Shown: positions 20,097 through 31,959 of the stretch, in pieces
Position numbering within the stretch: the stretch's first letter is position 1
Layout: each line of letters begins with the position of its first letter
Source: an uncultured Gemmatimonadales bacterium
GTDB taxonomy: Bacteria > Gemmatimonadota > Gemmatimonadetes > Palauibacterales > Palauibacteraceae
Assembly (NCBI GenBank): GCA_963783385.1
Contig: CAWANJ010000006.1
Span: forward strand, 256,001-320,000
DNA: 64,000 nt
Reading direction: 5' to 3'
Translations under genes and position numbers: made by a program
Notes under the pieces: generated by a model
What the model was told of the DNA's origin: nothing
The model's input: only the letters and a program-made list of their open reading frames with translations
Databases searched by the model: none

Positions 20097-21821
20097 TTAG
20101 GAGGCCGCGCCCCGCCACGCGTCGCAGCGCGCTCGCTCGGCCAGCGCCGCCTCGATCTCCCGCGACCGGCGTCCATCGTCCCAGCCCAGCTCGTCGCCCA
20201 CCAGGCGTGCGGTGAGACGGAAGGCCTCCTCGAGCCCCTCCGCGGTCTCCAGCGCGAGGCGCGTGCGCCGGAACACGACATCCTCCAGGTGGACCACCAT
20301 CTCCTCGCGCGCGGCGTACACGGCTTCCGCCGCCAGGTACGGCAGGTCCTCGGCCAGTGGTTCCCGCAGGGCCGGGCGCCCGGCCAGCAGCGTCAGGACC
20401 TGGCGGGCCCGCGTGCCATAGGCGGCCGCCAGCCGATCCACGGAGGAGGGAGGAAGATGATAGGGAGCCGCGAGGGCGGCGATCGCCTCTCGCAAGAGGT
20501 CGAGGTCCTGGAAGTCACCGCCGGGAAGCGGCACGCGCGCCGTGTCGCAGTCGCGCGCCGGCGGGGCGTCGAATCGCTCCTCGAGCAGGGCGGCGGCGCG
20601 ATCGACCAGCTTCTCCGCCATGTTTCGGTGGGACGTCAGCTTCCCGCCGGCGATGGTGAGCAGGCCGGGCGGCGCCTCCCGTATCTCGAAGTCCCTCGAT
20701 ACGGCGTCTTCGTCGGCCGCGTTGCCTTCCGCGACCAGAGGTCGGAGGCCCGCCCAGGCGCCCACCACGTCCGCGGTCCGCAGCTCCGCCCCGGGGAACA
20801 GCCGGTTGGCCGACTCGAGGAGGTAGGCCACGTCGTCGGCGGTGGGTCGGACCGTCGCGGGGTCGCCGTCGAAATCCACGTCCGTGGTCCCGATGATGGT
20901 CAGGTCGCTTCCCCAGGGAAGGACGAACATGATGCGGCGGTCGACCGGGGACTCGAAGATGAGGGCGTGCCTGTGGTCCAGGCGCGCCCGGTGCACGTGG
21001 ATGTGCGTCCCCCGCGTGGGCCGGAGGAGCGGATGTCCGTCGACCCCGGCCAGCGAGCGCGTGCGGTCGGTCCACGGGCCCGTCGCGTTGATCACCAACC
21101 GGGCCGGGATGGTCCAGGCGTCCGCCGTCTCCGTGCCGCGCGCCCGCGTGCCGAGGTCGCCGGACGCTGGATCGGCCGCGGAGGTCCGGCCCGCCGCCCC
21201 GGCCACCCGCACGCCCTGGACGACGCCATCTCGCTGCTCGACCCCCACCGCCGGCAGCCGGTTGGCGACCACGGCCCCGGACTCCGCGGCCCCGAGCACC
21301 GTGGCGAGGACGAGTCGCGCGTCGTCGACCTGGGCGTCGAAGTAGCGAGCCCCTCCCAGGAGCCCCTGTCGCCGCAGCTGCGGCTCGCGCTCGGCCACCT
21401 CGTCGGCATCGAGCATCTGGTGGCGCTCGATGTTCCGGAACAACGCCAGCGCATCGTAGAGCCACATGCCGGCATCGAGCTTGAGCTTGCCGACGCGGCC
21501 GTCCTCGTACAGGGGAAAGAGGAACTCCAGGGGCCGAACCATGTGCGGGGCCAGGTGGAGCAGGGTGCGCCGCTCCTGGCTGGCCTCGAACACCAGGTCG
21601 AGCTCCAGCTGCTCCAGGTAGCGGAGGCCCCCGTGCACCAGGCGGGACGAGCGGCTGCTGGTGCCCTCCCCGAAGTCCCGGGCCTCCACGAGGGCCGTAC
21701 GGTACCCGCGACGGGCGGCGTCCCGCGCCGTGGCGGCGCCGGTGATGCCGCCGCCGATCACCACGATGTCGAAGCGCTCCTCGCGGAGTCTCGCCAGACG
21801 CCCTACCCTCCCGGCGGTCAC
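20097..21821 (-). CDS. glpD: FAD-dependent glycerol-3-phosphate dehydrogenase
   Basis: IGGGITG, GTSSRSSRLVHGGLRYL, DDARL, NATGPW, WAGLRPL, GGKLT. Confidence 0.92.
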   Translation of the reverse strand: MTAGRVGRLARLREERFDIVVIGGGITGAATARDAARRGYRTALVEARDFGEGTSSRSSRLVHGGLRYLEQLELDLVFEASQERRTLLHLAPHMVRPLEFLFPLYEDGRVGKLKLDAGMWLYDALALFRNIERHQMLDADEVAEREPQLRRQGLLGGARYFDAQVDDARLVLATVLGAAESGAVVANRLPAVGVEQRDGVVQGVRVAGAAGRTSAADPASGDLGTRARGTETADAWTIPARLVINATGPWTDRTRSLAGVDGHPLLRPTRGTHIHVHRARLDHRHALIFESPVDRRIMFVLPWGSDLTIIGTTDVDFDGDPATVRPTADDVAYLLESANRLFPGAELRTADVVGAWAGLRPLVAEGNAADEDAVSRDFEIREAPPGLLTIAGGKLTSHRNMAEKLVDRAAALLEERFDAPPARDCDTARVPLPGGDFQDLDLLREAIAALAAPYHLPPSSVDRLAAAYGTRARQVLTLLAGRPALREPLAEDLPYLAAEAVYAAREEMVVHLEDVVFRRTRLALETAEGLEEAFRLTARLVGDELGWDDGRRSREIEAALAERARCDAWRGAAS

Positions 21822-22846
21822 GGGAGGAGCACGATCTTTCCGAAGCCCTCGCCTGCCTCGAGTCGCGCGTGGGCATCGGCGATCCGGTCCAGCGGCCACA
21901 CCACGTCCACCACGGGGCGCAGGCGGCCGGAGAACACCAGGTCCATGACCCTCTCGAACTCGGCGCGGCTCGCCATGGTGGAGCCGATGATGCGGATCTG
22001 CTTCCAGAACAACCGCCGGATGTCCTGGCAACCCTCCGGGCCCGTGGTGGCCCCGTACGTCACCAGGCGGCCGTCGCGGGCCAGCGCCCGGACGCAATCC
22101 GCCCACACGGCCGCGCCCACGCTGTCGAGCACCACGTCCACGCCGCGCCGGTCCGTGGCCTCGAACGCCGCGCGGGAGAAGTCCTCCTCCAGTCGGTCGA
22201 TGGCCAGATCGGCGCCCAGCTCGACGACCCGCTCCACCTTCTCGGGCCCGCTGGTCACGGCGAGGACCCGCGCGCCGCACAGCGCGGCGATCTGAATCGC
22301 GGCCGTGGACACTCCCCCGGAGCCGCCCGTGACCAGCACGGTCTCGCCGGGCGCGAGCCGGGCTCGCGACACGAGGGCGCGCCAGGCGGTCTGGAACACC
22401 AGGGGCACGGCCGCCGCCGCCTCGAACGGGAATCCCTCCGGGAGGGGATACAGGCTGACGGCCGGCACGCGGACCTTTTCGGCCAGGCCGCCCTGGACGT
22501 GCTCACCCAGGATCCTGAAGTGCTCGCACAGGCTGTTCTCCCCCCGCACGCACCACTCGCACCGCCCGCACCACTGCCCCGGGTTGACGACCACTCGGTC
22601 GCCCGCCGTCCAGCCCTCCACGCCCTCCCCGACCAATGCGACCGTTCCTGCCACGTCGGCGCCGCCCACGTGCGGCAGCTCCAGCTCGAGGCCCGGAAGA
22701 CCCCGGCGCACCCACAGGTCGAGGTGATTGAGGGCAACCGCGCGAACGTCGACCACGACCTCCCCGCGCCGTGGCTCCGGGTCGGGAAGCTCCCCGATCT
22801 CCAGGACCTCGGGTCCGCCGTGCTCGCGCATGAGGGCCGCTCTCAT
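21818..22846 (-). CDS. Zinc-binding MDR alcohol dehydrogenase/quinone oxidoreductase
   Basis: NHLDLW, CGRCEWC...C structural Zn site, GGSGGVS, FGKIVL. Confidence 0.9.
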   Translation of the reverse strand: MRAALMREHGGPEVLEIGELPDPEPRRGEVVVDVRAVALNHLDLWVRRGLPGLELELPHVGGADVAGTVALVGEGVEGWTAGDRVVVNPGQWCGRCEWCVRGENSLCEHFRILGEHVQGGLAEKVRVPAVSLYPLPEGFPFEAAAAVPLVFQTAWRALVSRARLAPGETVLVTGGSGGVSTAAIQIAALCGARVLAVTSGPEKVERVVELGADLAIDRLEEDFSRAAFEATDRRGVDVVLDSVGAAVWADCVRALARDGRLVTYGATTGPEGCQDIRRLFWKQIRIIGSTMASRAEFERVMDLVFSGRLRPVVDVVWPLDRIADAHARLEAGEGFGKIVLLP

Positions 22847-22947
22847 GGTGCCTCCGGTGTGGACGTGCGGGTGAGCGCCGCGGACGGCGTGGCGCCGGGG
22901 CTTTCGCTCCGGGCTCCCTGCGAATATGGTGCCGTCCAGGACGCCAC

Positions 22948-22976
22948 TTGAAATTCAGTCTCAACTCGGGTACGTT
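22948..22976 (+). promoter_or_regulatory. sigma70 promoter of the suf operon, overlapped by an imperfect palindrome
   Basis: TTGAAA-N17-TACGTT; TTGAAATTCAGTCTCAA inverted repeat lies over the -35. Confidence 0.65.
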
Positions 22977-22987
22977 CCTAGGCCCGT

Positions 22988-23006
22988 AACGATAACGGTT
23001 ATCGTT
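22988..23006. promoter_or_regulatory. Fur/PerR-like operator upstream of sufC
   Basis: Perfect 9-1-9 palindrome AACGATAAC-G-GTTATCGTT. Confidence 0.65.
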
Positions 23007-23084
23007 TCGAGTCGGCCCGCGCCCGGCGGGGCCGGTCGCGGAACGCGCGCCGGATCGAATTCAGGACGAGACACGGAGAGCGGT

Positions 23085-23861
<777 letters not shown>

Positions 23862-23940
23862 GCGACGCCCGGCGCGGGCCGAACGGGGCCCCGCCCGCGG
23901 CGTAGGATGAACGGAGCGCAAGAGCAGCAGCGGAGGACAC

Positions 23941-25350
<1,410 letters not shown>

Positions 25351-25404
25351 GCCGCACGACCGACCACGCCGGGCCCCGGCGCCCGGTTCACGGACACGGG
25401 GAGA

Positions 25405-26775
25405 GTGCCTGACGTGGCGGATGGAGTGACGACGGCCCGGGTGGCCGGAGACACCGAAGCCGGGGCCGCCGGGAGCCGCCTCGCGGACTTCCTGGAGACG
25501 CTGGACGAGCCCGCGACGCTGCTGGAGCGGCGGCGACGGGCATGGGAGCGCTACGCGGAGCTCCCCATGCCGACCCGCAAGTCGGAGGAGTGGCGCTACA
25601 CCGACCTGTCGGGTCTGGACCCGGAGTCCTACGAGCCCTTCGCGCCCGAATCGGGCGAGGAGGAGAGCCGGGACGCCGGGGACCTCCCCGAGCAGGCCGC
25701 GCGGCTGCTGGAGGGCATGGAAGCCCGCGGCGCCGTGGCCGTGCGCGTGGACGGACGTACCCTGCACCGCCGGCTGGACCCGGCCCTCGCCGAACGTGGC
25801 GTCCTGTTCGCCCCCATCCGCCGGGTGGCGCGCGAGCGACCCGAGCTCCTGGCCGAGCGGCTCTACACCAGCGACGTGGCTCCCATGGAGGAGAAGCTGT
25901 GGTCGCTGCACGTGGCCATGCTCACCGGCGGCGACGTCCTGTACGTGCCGGACGGAGTCCGGGTGCCGGAGCCGGTGCACGTACTGCGCTGGGCCGGCGA
26001 GGGGGACCGTCTCCTCTCCACCCACACGCTGGTGGTGACGGGCCGGGAGGCGGAGGTGACCTGGGTGGAGGAGTACCTGTCCCCGGACCTGGAGCGCCCG
26101 CTCCTCAGCCTGAGCGGGCTGGAGGTGTTCGCCGGGGACGGAGCCACCGTCCGCTACCTGGCGTTGCAGCGTTACGGGCGGGGCGTGAAGCACTTCAGCG
26201 TGCAGCATCTGCTGGCGGGCCGCGACACGCGGCTGAGTGGGCTCAACGTGAACCTGGGCGGCGACCTGGCCCGGGACGACGTGACCAGCCACCTGGAAGG
26301 CCCCGGGAGCGAGAGCGAGATGCTCGCCCTGTGGTTCGGGGACGGAGAGCAGCACTTCGACCACCACACGCTGCAGCACCACGCGGCCCCGCACGCCTCC
26401 AGCGACCTGCTCTACAAGGGCGCGCTCACCGACTCGGCCCGCAGCATCTTCCGAGGCCTCATCCGAGTCGATCGGGGCGCGCAGCTCACCGATGCCTACC
26501 AGACCAACCGTAACCTGCTCCTCAGCGAGCACTGTCACGCCACCACGCTCCCCAACCTGGAGATCGAGGCGGACGACGTGCGCTGCTCCCACGGCGCGAC
26601 GGTCGGCCAGGTGGACGAGGGCATGCTGTTCTACCTGATGAGCCGCGGTCTCACGCGGCGCACGGCGGAGCGCCTCCTGGTGTTCGGGTTCTTCGACGAG
26701 GTCCTCGAGCGCGTCCCGGTCGAGGGCATCCGGGAGCGCCTGCGCGACGCCATCGGCTCCAAGATCGGGATCTGA
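25405..26775 (+). CDS. sufD: Fe-S cluster assembly protein SufD
   Basis: EEWRYTD, PNLEIEADDVRCSHGATVG, FYLMSRG. Confidence 0.95.
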   Translation: MPDVADGVTTARVAGDTEAGAAGSRLADFLETLDEPATLLERRRRAWERYAELPMPTRKSEEWRYTDLSGLDPESYEPFAPESGEEESRDAGDLPEQAARLLEGMEARGAVAVRVDGRTLHRRLDPALAERGVLFAPIRRVARERPELLAERLYTSDVAPMEEKLWSLHVAMLTGGDVLYVPDGVRVPEPVHVLRWAGEGDRLLSTHTLVVTGREAEVTWVEEYLSPDLERPLLSLSGLEVFAGDGATVRYLALQRYGRGVKHFSVQHLLAGRDTRLSGLNVNLGGDLARDDVTSHLEGPGSESEMLALWFGDGEQHFDHHTLQHHAAPHASSDLLYKGALTDSARSIFRGLIRVDRGAQLTDAYQTNRNLLLSEHCHATTLPNLEIEADDVRCSHGATVGQVDEGMLFYLMSRGLTRRTAERLLVFGFFDEVLERVPVEGIRERLRDAIGSKIGI

Positions 26776-26784
26776 GGGAACGGG

Positions 26785-27102
26785 ATGGGCGAGGGGGAGT
26801 TCTACGACGTGGCGCGACTGGACGAGATCCCGGCCACGGGGCTCAAGGGCGTGGCGGTGGACGAGCAGAAGATCGTGCTGGTGCGCCAGGGCGACCAGGT
26901 GTACGCGCTGGAGGACCGGTGTTCGCACGAGGAGTTCGCGCTCTCCGACGGTGAGATGGTGGCCGGCCAGATCGAGTGCGCGCTGCACGGCGCGCGCTTC
27001 GACCCGGCCACCGGGGCTCCCAAGGCCTTGCCGGCGGTCAAGCCGGTCAAGACGTTCGAGTGTCGGGTGGAGGGCGACGTAGTGCAGGTCCGGATCGATT
27101 GA
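26785..27102 (+). CDS. Rieske-type ferredoxin
   Basis: CSH...CALHGARFD Rieske motif. Confidence 0.95.
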   Translation: MGEGEFYDVARLDEIPATGLKGVAVDEQKIVLVRQGDQVYALEDRCSHEEFALSDGEMVAGQIECALHGARFDPATGAPKALPAVKPVKTFECRVEGDVVQVRID

Positions 27103-27157
27103 GAGGAGCGTAGAGACGAGGCGGAGGTCGGCCCCCGCGGCCGAGGACTCCGAGCCC

Positions 27158-28432
27158 ATGATCACTACGGATGTCGCCGCGAGCCCAGCTCCCCTGGACG
27201 TGGGGAGGATCCGGGAGGATTTCCCGATCCTGAACCAGCGCGTCCACGGGCGCCCCCTCGTCTACCTGGACAGCGCCGCTTCCTCGCAGAAGCCCGAGCG
27301 CGTCATCGAGGCGGTGTCCCGCTACTACCGGCACGACCACGCCAACGTGCACCGGGGCGTGCACGCGCTCAGCGTGCGGGCCACCGACGCCTACGAGGGG
27401 GCCCGGGCCACGGTCGCCGCGCACATCGGGGCCGGGGACGCGTCCGAGGTCGTGTTCGTGCGCGGCACCACCGAGGCCATCAACCTGGTGGCCTCGGCAT
27501 GGGGCCCTTCCGCCCTCTCCGAGGGGGACGAGATCCTCCTCACCAAGATGGAGCACCACTCGAACCTGGTGCCGTGGCAGCTCCTGGCCGAGCGCACCGG
27601 CGCGGTCCTCCGCTTCGCCGACGTGACGCCGGAGGGGGAGCTGGACCTGGAGGGCCTGGAGCGCCTGCTCGGGCCGCGCACCCGGATGGTGGCGGTCACG
27701 CACGTCTCCAACACGCTCGGGGTCGTGAACCCGGTGGAGCGGATCGCCGGACTGGCACACGAGGTCGGGGCGCTCTGCCTGGTCGACGGAGCCCAGGCGG
27801 CGCCCCACCTGCCGATCGACGTGGAGGAGCTGGGCTGCGACTTCTACGCGTTCAGCGGCCACAAGATGTGCGGACCGACCGGCATCGGCGTCCTGTGGGG
27901 GCGAACCGAGCTGCTCGCGGCCATGCCACCCTACCAGGGCGGAGGCGAGATGATCGCCTCCGTGCGGCTGGAGGGGTCCACGTGGGCCGCGGTCCCCCAC
28001 AAGTTCGAGGCGGGCACGCCCCACATCGCCGGGGCGGTGGGCCTGGGGGAGGCGATCCGCTACCTGGACGACATCGGACTGGACCGGATCCATGCTCACG
28101 AGGCGTCGCTGACGGCCTACGCCATCGAGCGGCTCGACGCGATCGACGGGCTCCGACTGTACGGACCCCGCTCCGGCCGCATGGGCGTGCTGTCCTTCGA
28201 GTACGGCGATATCCACGCGCACGACCTGGCCACGATCCTGGACCACCAGGGGATCGCCATCCGCGCGGGGCATCACTGCAACCAGCCCCTGATGGAGCAC
28301 CTGGGGGTCAGCGCGACGGCCCGGGCCAGCCTCTACCTGTACAACACGCGCGACGAGATCGACGCGTTGATCGACGGTCTGCGCGTGGCGGCGGAGATGT
28401 TCGGCGGCGTGGGCGAAGCGCCGCGGACCTGA
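27158..28432 (+). CDS. sufS: Cysteine desulfurase SufS
   Basis: YLDSAASSQKP, ANVHRGVH, FSGHKM, RAGHHCNQP. Confidence 0.97.
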   Translation: MITTDVAASPAPLDVGRIREDFPILNQRVHGRPLVYLDSAASSQKPERVIEAVSRYYRHDHANVHRGVHALSVRATDAYEGARATVAAHIGAGDASEVVFVRGTTEAINLVASAWGPSALSEGDEILLTKMEHHSNLVPWQLLAERTGAVLRFADVTPEGELDLEGLERLLGPRTRMVAVTHVSNTLGVVNPVERIAGLAHEVGALCLVDGAQAAPHLPIDVEELGCDFYAFSGHKMCGPTGIGVLWGRTELLAAMPPYQGGGEMIASVRLEGSTWAAVPHKFEAGTPHIAGAVGLGEAIRYLDDIGLDRIHAHEASLTAYAIERLDAIDGLRLYGPRSGRMGVLSFEYGDIHAHDLATILDHQGIAIRAGHHCNQPLMEHLGVSATARASLYLYNTRDEIDALIDGLRVAAEMFGGVGEAPRT

Positions 28433-28461
28433 CCCTCCTTCTTCCCGAGCGAAACCTCCCG

Positions 28462-28968
28462 ATGAGCGACTCCGAATCCAAGCGTGCCCCGGACCGGGCC
28501 ATCCCCGAATCCCTCAGCTCCCTGTACCAGGAAGTCATCCTGGACCACTACCGGCGACCCCGGAACAAGGGACCGCTGGAGGGGGCGACTCACTCGATCA
28601 CCATGAACAACCCGCTGTGCGGAGACGTCATCGAGCTCCAGCTCGAGGTGACGGGGGACCGAATCGACCGGGCGCGCTTCGAGGGGCGCGGCTGTTCGAT
28701 CAGCCAGGCCGCGGCCTCGATGATGACCCGCGAGCTCGAGGGGCGCAGCCTGGACGAGGCCCTGGAGCTGGCCGGCAAGTTCACCCGGCTCATGCACGGC
28801 GAGCCCGGCCTCTCCGAGGACGCCGACCTCGGAGACCTGCGGGCCCTCGCTGGCGTGGCGCGCTTCCCCGTCCGGATCAAGTGCGCCCTCCTGGGATTCA
28901 ACTGCCTGGAGGAGATGCTCGGCGCGGAAGGCGTCGGACCCCGGGGCCCGGCGGACAGCGGCGCCTAG
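28462..28968 (+). CDS. sufU: SufU (NifU-like sulfur transfer protein)
   Basis: LYQEVILDHY, NPLCGD, GCSISQA, RIKCA. Confidence 0.95.
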   Translation: MSDSESKRAPDRAIPESLSSLYQEVILDHYRRPRNKGPLEGATHSITMNNPLCGDVIELQLEVTGDRIDRARFEGRGCSISQAAASMMTRELEGRSLDEALELAGKFTRLMHGEPGLSEDADLGDLRALAGVARFPVRIKCALLGFNCLEEMLGAEGVGPRGPADSGA

Positions 28969-29016
28969 GCCTCCGGTGCGCCCCCCCACCGGTCCGCACG
29001 GAGGGCGCGTGCCCCG

Positions 29017-29961
29017 GTGAGCGAAGAGCGGCCGACGGGAGACCGGGTGCTGGGCGTGATCGCCGGAACCTACCTGGTCGAGCACGGCGCGGAGCGGCTC
29101 GAGTGCGTACTGGCCGGACGTCTGCGCCAGGGGCCGCGGGATCGCGTGGTGGCCGGGGATCGGGTCCTGGTCGAGCGGCTCGAGGACGGCAGCGCGCGCA
29201 TCCTCGAGCGCCTCCCGCGACGCAGCCGGCTCGCCCGGCATCCCTCCCACGGCCGCGGGATCCAGGTGATCGCCGCCAACCTGGACCGGGTGGCCGTCGT
29301 GTTCGCGGCAGCGCGCCCGGACCCCGACACGAGTCTTCTGGACCGCCTCCTCGTGCTGGCCGAGCTCAGCGACCTGGAGGCGCTCGTGGTGGTCAACAAG
29401 ATGGACCTGGCCCCGGAGGCCGTGCCGGGCGATCCGCTGGCGCCCTTCGAACCGGCCCGCGGGGCCGGCTACGAGATCCGGCCCACCAGCGTGCGGACGG
29501 GGGCCGGGCTCGGCGAGCTGGCCGCCGCCATCGCGGGCCGGGTCACCGTCCTGGCCGGACCCTCCGGTACCGGCAAGTCCAGCCTGCTCAACGTCCTGGT
29601 TCCCGAGGTGGAGCTCCGCGTGGGGTCGGTGAGCGAACGCACGGGGCGCGGGCGCCACACGACGGTGGCCGCCCGCCTGTACCCCGCCCCGGGCGGCAGT
29701 TACCTGGGCGACACTCCGGGGCTACAGTACGCGGGGCTGCCGGATGTCCCCGCGCCGGCGCTCTCGCACGCCTTCCCCGAGCTGCGCCCCCTGCTGCAGG
29801 AATGCCGGTTCGGGGACTGCCTGCACCGGGGCGAGCCCGGGTGCGCAGTGCGCCGGGCCGTGGCCCGGGGCCAGGTGGCCGACAGCCGTTACCGGAGCTA
29901 CCTGACCCTGCTCGCCGAGCTCGAGGACCGGGCGGTCCCGGGCGGAGGGCGCGGACGGTGA
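29017..29961 (+). CDS. rsgA: Ribosome small subunit-dependent GTPase A
   Basis: NKMDL, GPSGTGKSSL, GRHTT, DTPG, CRFGDCLHRGEPGC. Confidence 0.95.
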   Translation: MSEERPTGDRVLGVIAGTYLVEHGAERLECVLAGRLRQGPRDRVVAGDRVLVERLEDGSARILERLPRRSRLARHPSHGRGIQVIAANLDRVAVVFAAARPDPDTSLLDRLLVLAELSDLEALVVVNKMDLAPEAVPGDPLAPFEPARGAGYEIRPTSVRTGAGLGELAAAIAGRVTVLAGPSGTGKSSLLNVLVPEVELRVGSVSERTGRGRHTTVAARLYPAPGGSYLGDTPGLQYAGLPDVPAPALSHAFPELRPLLQECRFGDCLHRGEPGCAVRRAVARGQVADSRYRSYLTLLAELEDRAVPGGGRGR

Positions 29962-30605
29962 GCGCGGGGGCGCCGGAGCCGGGCCCGGCGGCCGCGGTCC
30001 GCGCCGGTCTCGAACACCGGCTCGGCCTGCGTCCCCCCCGGCGGGTCGAGGACGCCGACGTCGGATCGCGCGCCGCGGTCGTGCTCCTCCTGCGTCCGCC
30101 CGGACTGGTCGCCTCCGTGGACGAGCTCGAGGGCCTGTTCGTCCAGCGGGCCGAGATCGACGGCGACCCCTGGTCGGGCCACATGGCCCTGCCGGGCGGC
30201 CGCCACGATCCCGCCGATCCCGACATGGCGGCCACGGCGCTGCGGGAGCTCGGCGAGGAAACGGGGCTCGTGGTCGCGAGGAGCGCGCTCCTCGGCCGGC
30301 TGGACGATGTCCATCCGCGGAGCCGCCGCCTGCCTTCCATCGCCGTCACCCCGTTCGTGGGTTGGGCCGGCGCGCCGGGCTCGGTGGTCGAGAACGCGGA
30401 GCTGGTCGGGCACGTGTGGGTGCCGGTCCGCGCGCTCCGCGCGCCCGGGCGGCGCTCCACCCTGAGGCTCGAGCGCGAGGGGGCGCTGCGCGTCTTCCCG
30501 GCCATCGAGTACGAGGGCCGGACGATCTGGGGCCTCACCTACCGGATCGTGCGCGAGTTCCTGGAGCGAGTCACCACGGGGGGGCGAGGGCCGGCCCATG
30601 GCTGA
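29958..30605 (+). CDS. Nudix hydrolase, CoA pyrophosphatase-like
   Basis: DPWSGHMALPGG...ALRELGEETG, IWGLT. Confidence 0.88.
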   Translation: MSAGAPEPGPAAAVRAGLEHRLGLRPPRRVEDADVGSRAAVVLLLRPPGLVASVDELEGLFVQRAEIDGDPWSGHMALPGGRHDPADPDMAATALRELGEETGLVVARSALLGRLDDVHPRSRRLPSIAVTPFVGWAGAPGSVVENAELVGHVWVPVRALRAPGRRSTLRLEREGALRVFPAIEYEGRTIWGLTYRIVREFLERVTTGGRGPAHG

Positions 30606-31512
30606 GGCGCTCATCGTCGGTTGCGGCTACACCGGCATGCGGCTCGGTCGACGTCTGGTGTCCGAGGGCCACTCGGTGGTCGGCACCACCCGGAGCCCCG
30701 ACCGCGTGCCGGAGCTCGCAGGGGTCGGCATCGAGGCGCGGGTGCTCGACCTGGGGGCGCGCGGCGCGGCCCGAGCCCTGGGCCGGGAGTCGCCCGATGT
30801 CGTCTTCTATCTGGCCCCGCCGATCGGTGAGGACCCCGGAGCAGAGATCGAAGCCCTGCTTCGCGTGCTGGGCCGGGCGCCCCTCGAGGCCTTCGTGTAC
30901 GCGAGCAGCACGTCGGTGTACGGAGATCGCGGCGGCGAGGTCGTGCACGCCTCCACCCTGCCCCGGCCCGACTCGCCGGCGGGACGCGCCCGCCTGGCCA
31001 CCGAGCGCCGCGTGCTGCAGGCCGGATGGACCTTCGACGCCCGGCCCCGGATCGCCCGCATCGGGGGTATCTACGGGCCGGGCCGTACCCTGCGCGAGGC
31101 GATCCGGGAGGGCCGCTACCGCGTCCTCGACGGCGTGGAGACGTGGTCGAACCGCATCCACGTCGACGACCTGGTCGAGGGCCTCCTGGCCGTGTGGCGC
31201 CGGGGAGAGAACGGCCGGATCTACGACCTGGTCGACGACGAGCCCCATGTCTCCGACGCCTTCGCGCGCCTCGTGGCCGAACGGTGCGGCCTCGAGCTGT
31301 GCGCCTTTACGCTCGAGGAGGCGCGGGCCGCCTACGGACCGGACCGGCTGGCCCGGAAGCTGGGCAGCAAGCGGGTCTCCAACCGGAGGATGCGCGACGA
31401 GCTCGGCGTGGTGCTGCGCTATCCGACCTACCGGGAGGGAGTGCCGGCCGCGCTGGAAGGGGAGGGCGGCGACACGGACGCACGGGGGGACCGGGCCGAC
31501 GACGGGGCGTGA
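30598..31512 (+). CDS. NAD-dependent epimerase/dehydratase (atypical SDR)
   Basis: GCGYTG, SSTSVYG, GIYGPGR, NRIHVDDL, YPTYREG. Confidence 0.88.
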   Translation: MAEALIVGCGYTGMRLGRRLVSEGHSVVGTTRSPDRVPELAGVGIEARVLDLGARGAARALGRESPDVVFYLAPPIGEDPGAEIEALLRVLGRAPLEAFVYASSTSVYGDRGGEVVHASTLPRPDSPAGRARLATERRVLQAGWTFDARPRIARIGGIYGPGRTLREAIREGRYRVLDGVETWSNRIHVDDLVEGLLAVWRRGENGRIYDLVDDEPHVSDAFARLVAERCGLELCAFTLEEARAAYGPDRLARKLGSKRVSNRRMRDELGVVLRYPTYREGVPAALEGEGGDTDARGDRADDGA

Positions 31513-31546
31513 GGCGAGGGCCGGGGGCCGCCGCCCCGAGAGTCGG

Positions 31547-31837
31547 TCAGGCTCCGGTCTCCTCCAGCACCTCGCGGATGGCGGCCTCGATGGGCTCGAC
31601 CAGGTCGTCCCAGCGGACTTCGTCCACCTTGGTGACGGTGATGAAGTTGTCCACCATGAACAGCGCGCGGACGCCCTCGACATCGAACAGGCGCGCGGCC
31701 AGCGCGTCGTCTCCAGTCTCGCCGACGCCGAAATACGAGCGTCCTCCCTGATCGGGGAGCGAGCGGTTCAGCGTGAACTTGGCCGCGTTGGGGTTGGGAG
31801 TCCCCTGGACCGTGACCGTGAGCTCCGCCTGCGCCAT
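31547..31837 (-). CDS. Stand-alone NifU/Nfu N-terminal domain protein
   Basis: TPNPNAAKF...LFDVEGV...DNFITVTK...W. Confidence 0.88.
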   Translation of the reverse strand: MAQAELTVTVQGTPNPNAAKFTLNRSLPDQGGRSYFGVGETGDDALAARLFDVEGVRALFMVDNFITVTKVDEVRWDDLVEPIEAAIREVLEETGA

Positions 31838-31959
31838 CGGGTGTGGCTCCTTTCGCCGCCTCGCCTCGCCGCCCGTGACGGGCGACCGGCCGGGCGGCGG
31901 TTCCCGGCGCCGCCGTGCCCGTGCCGGACCCGGTCCAATGTAGCCGGAGACTGCCCGGA

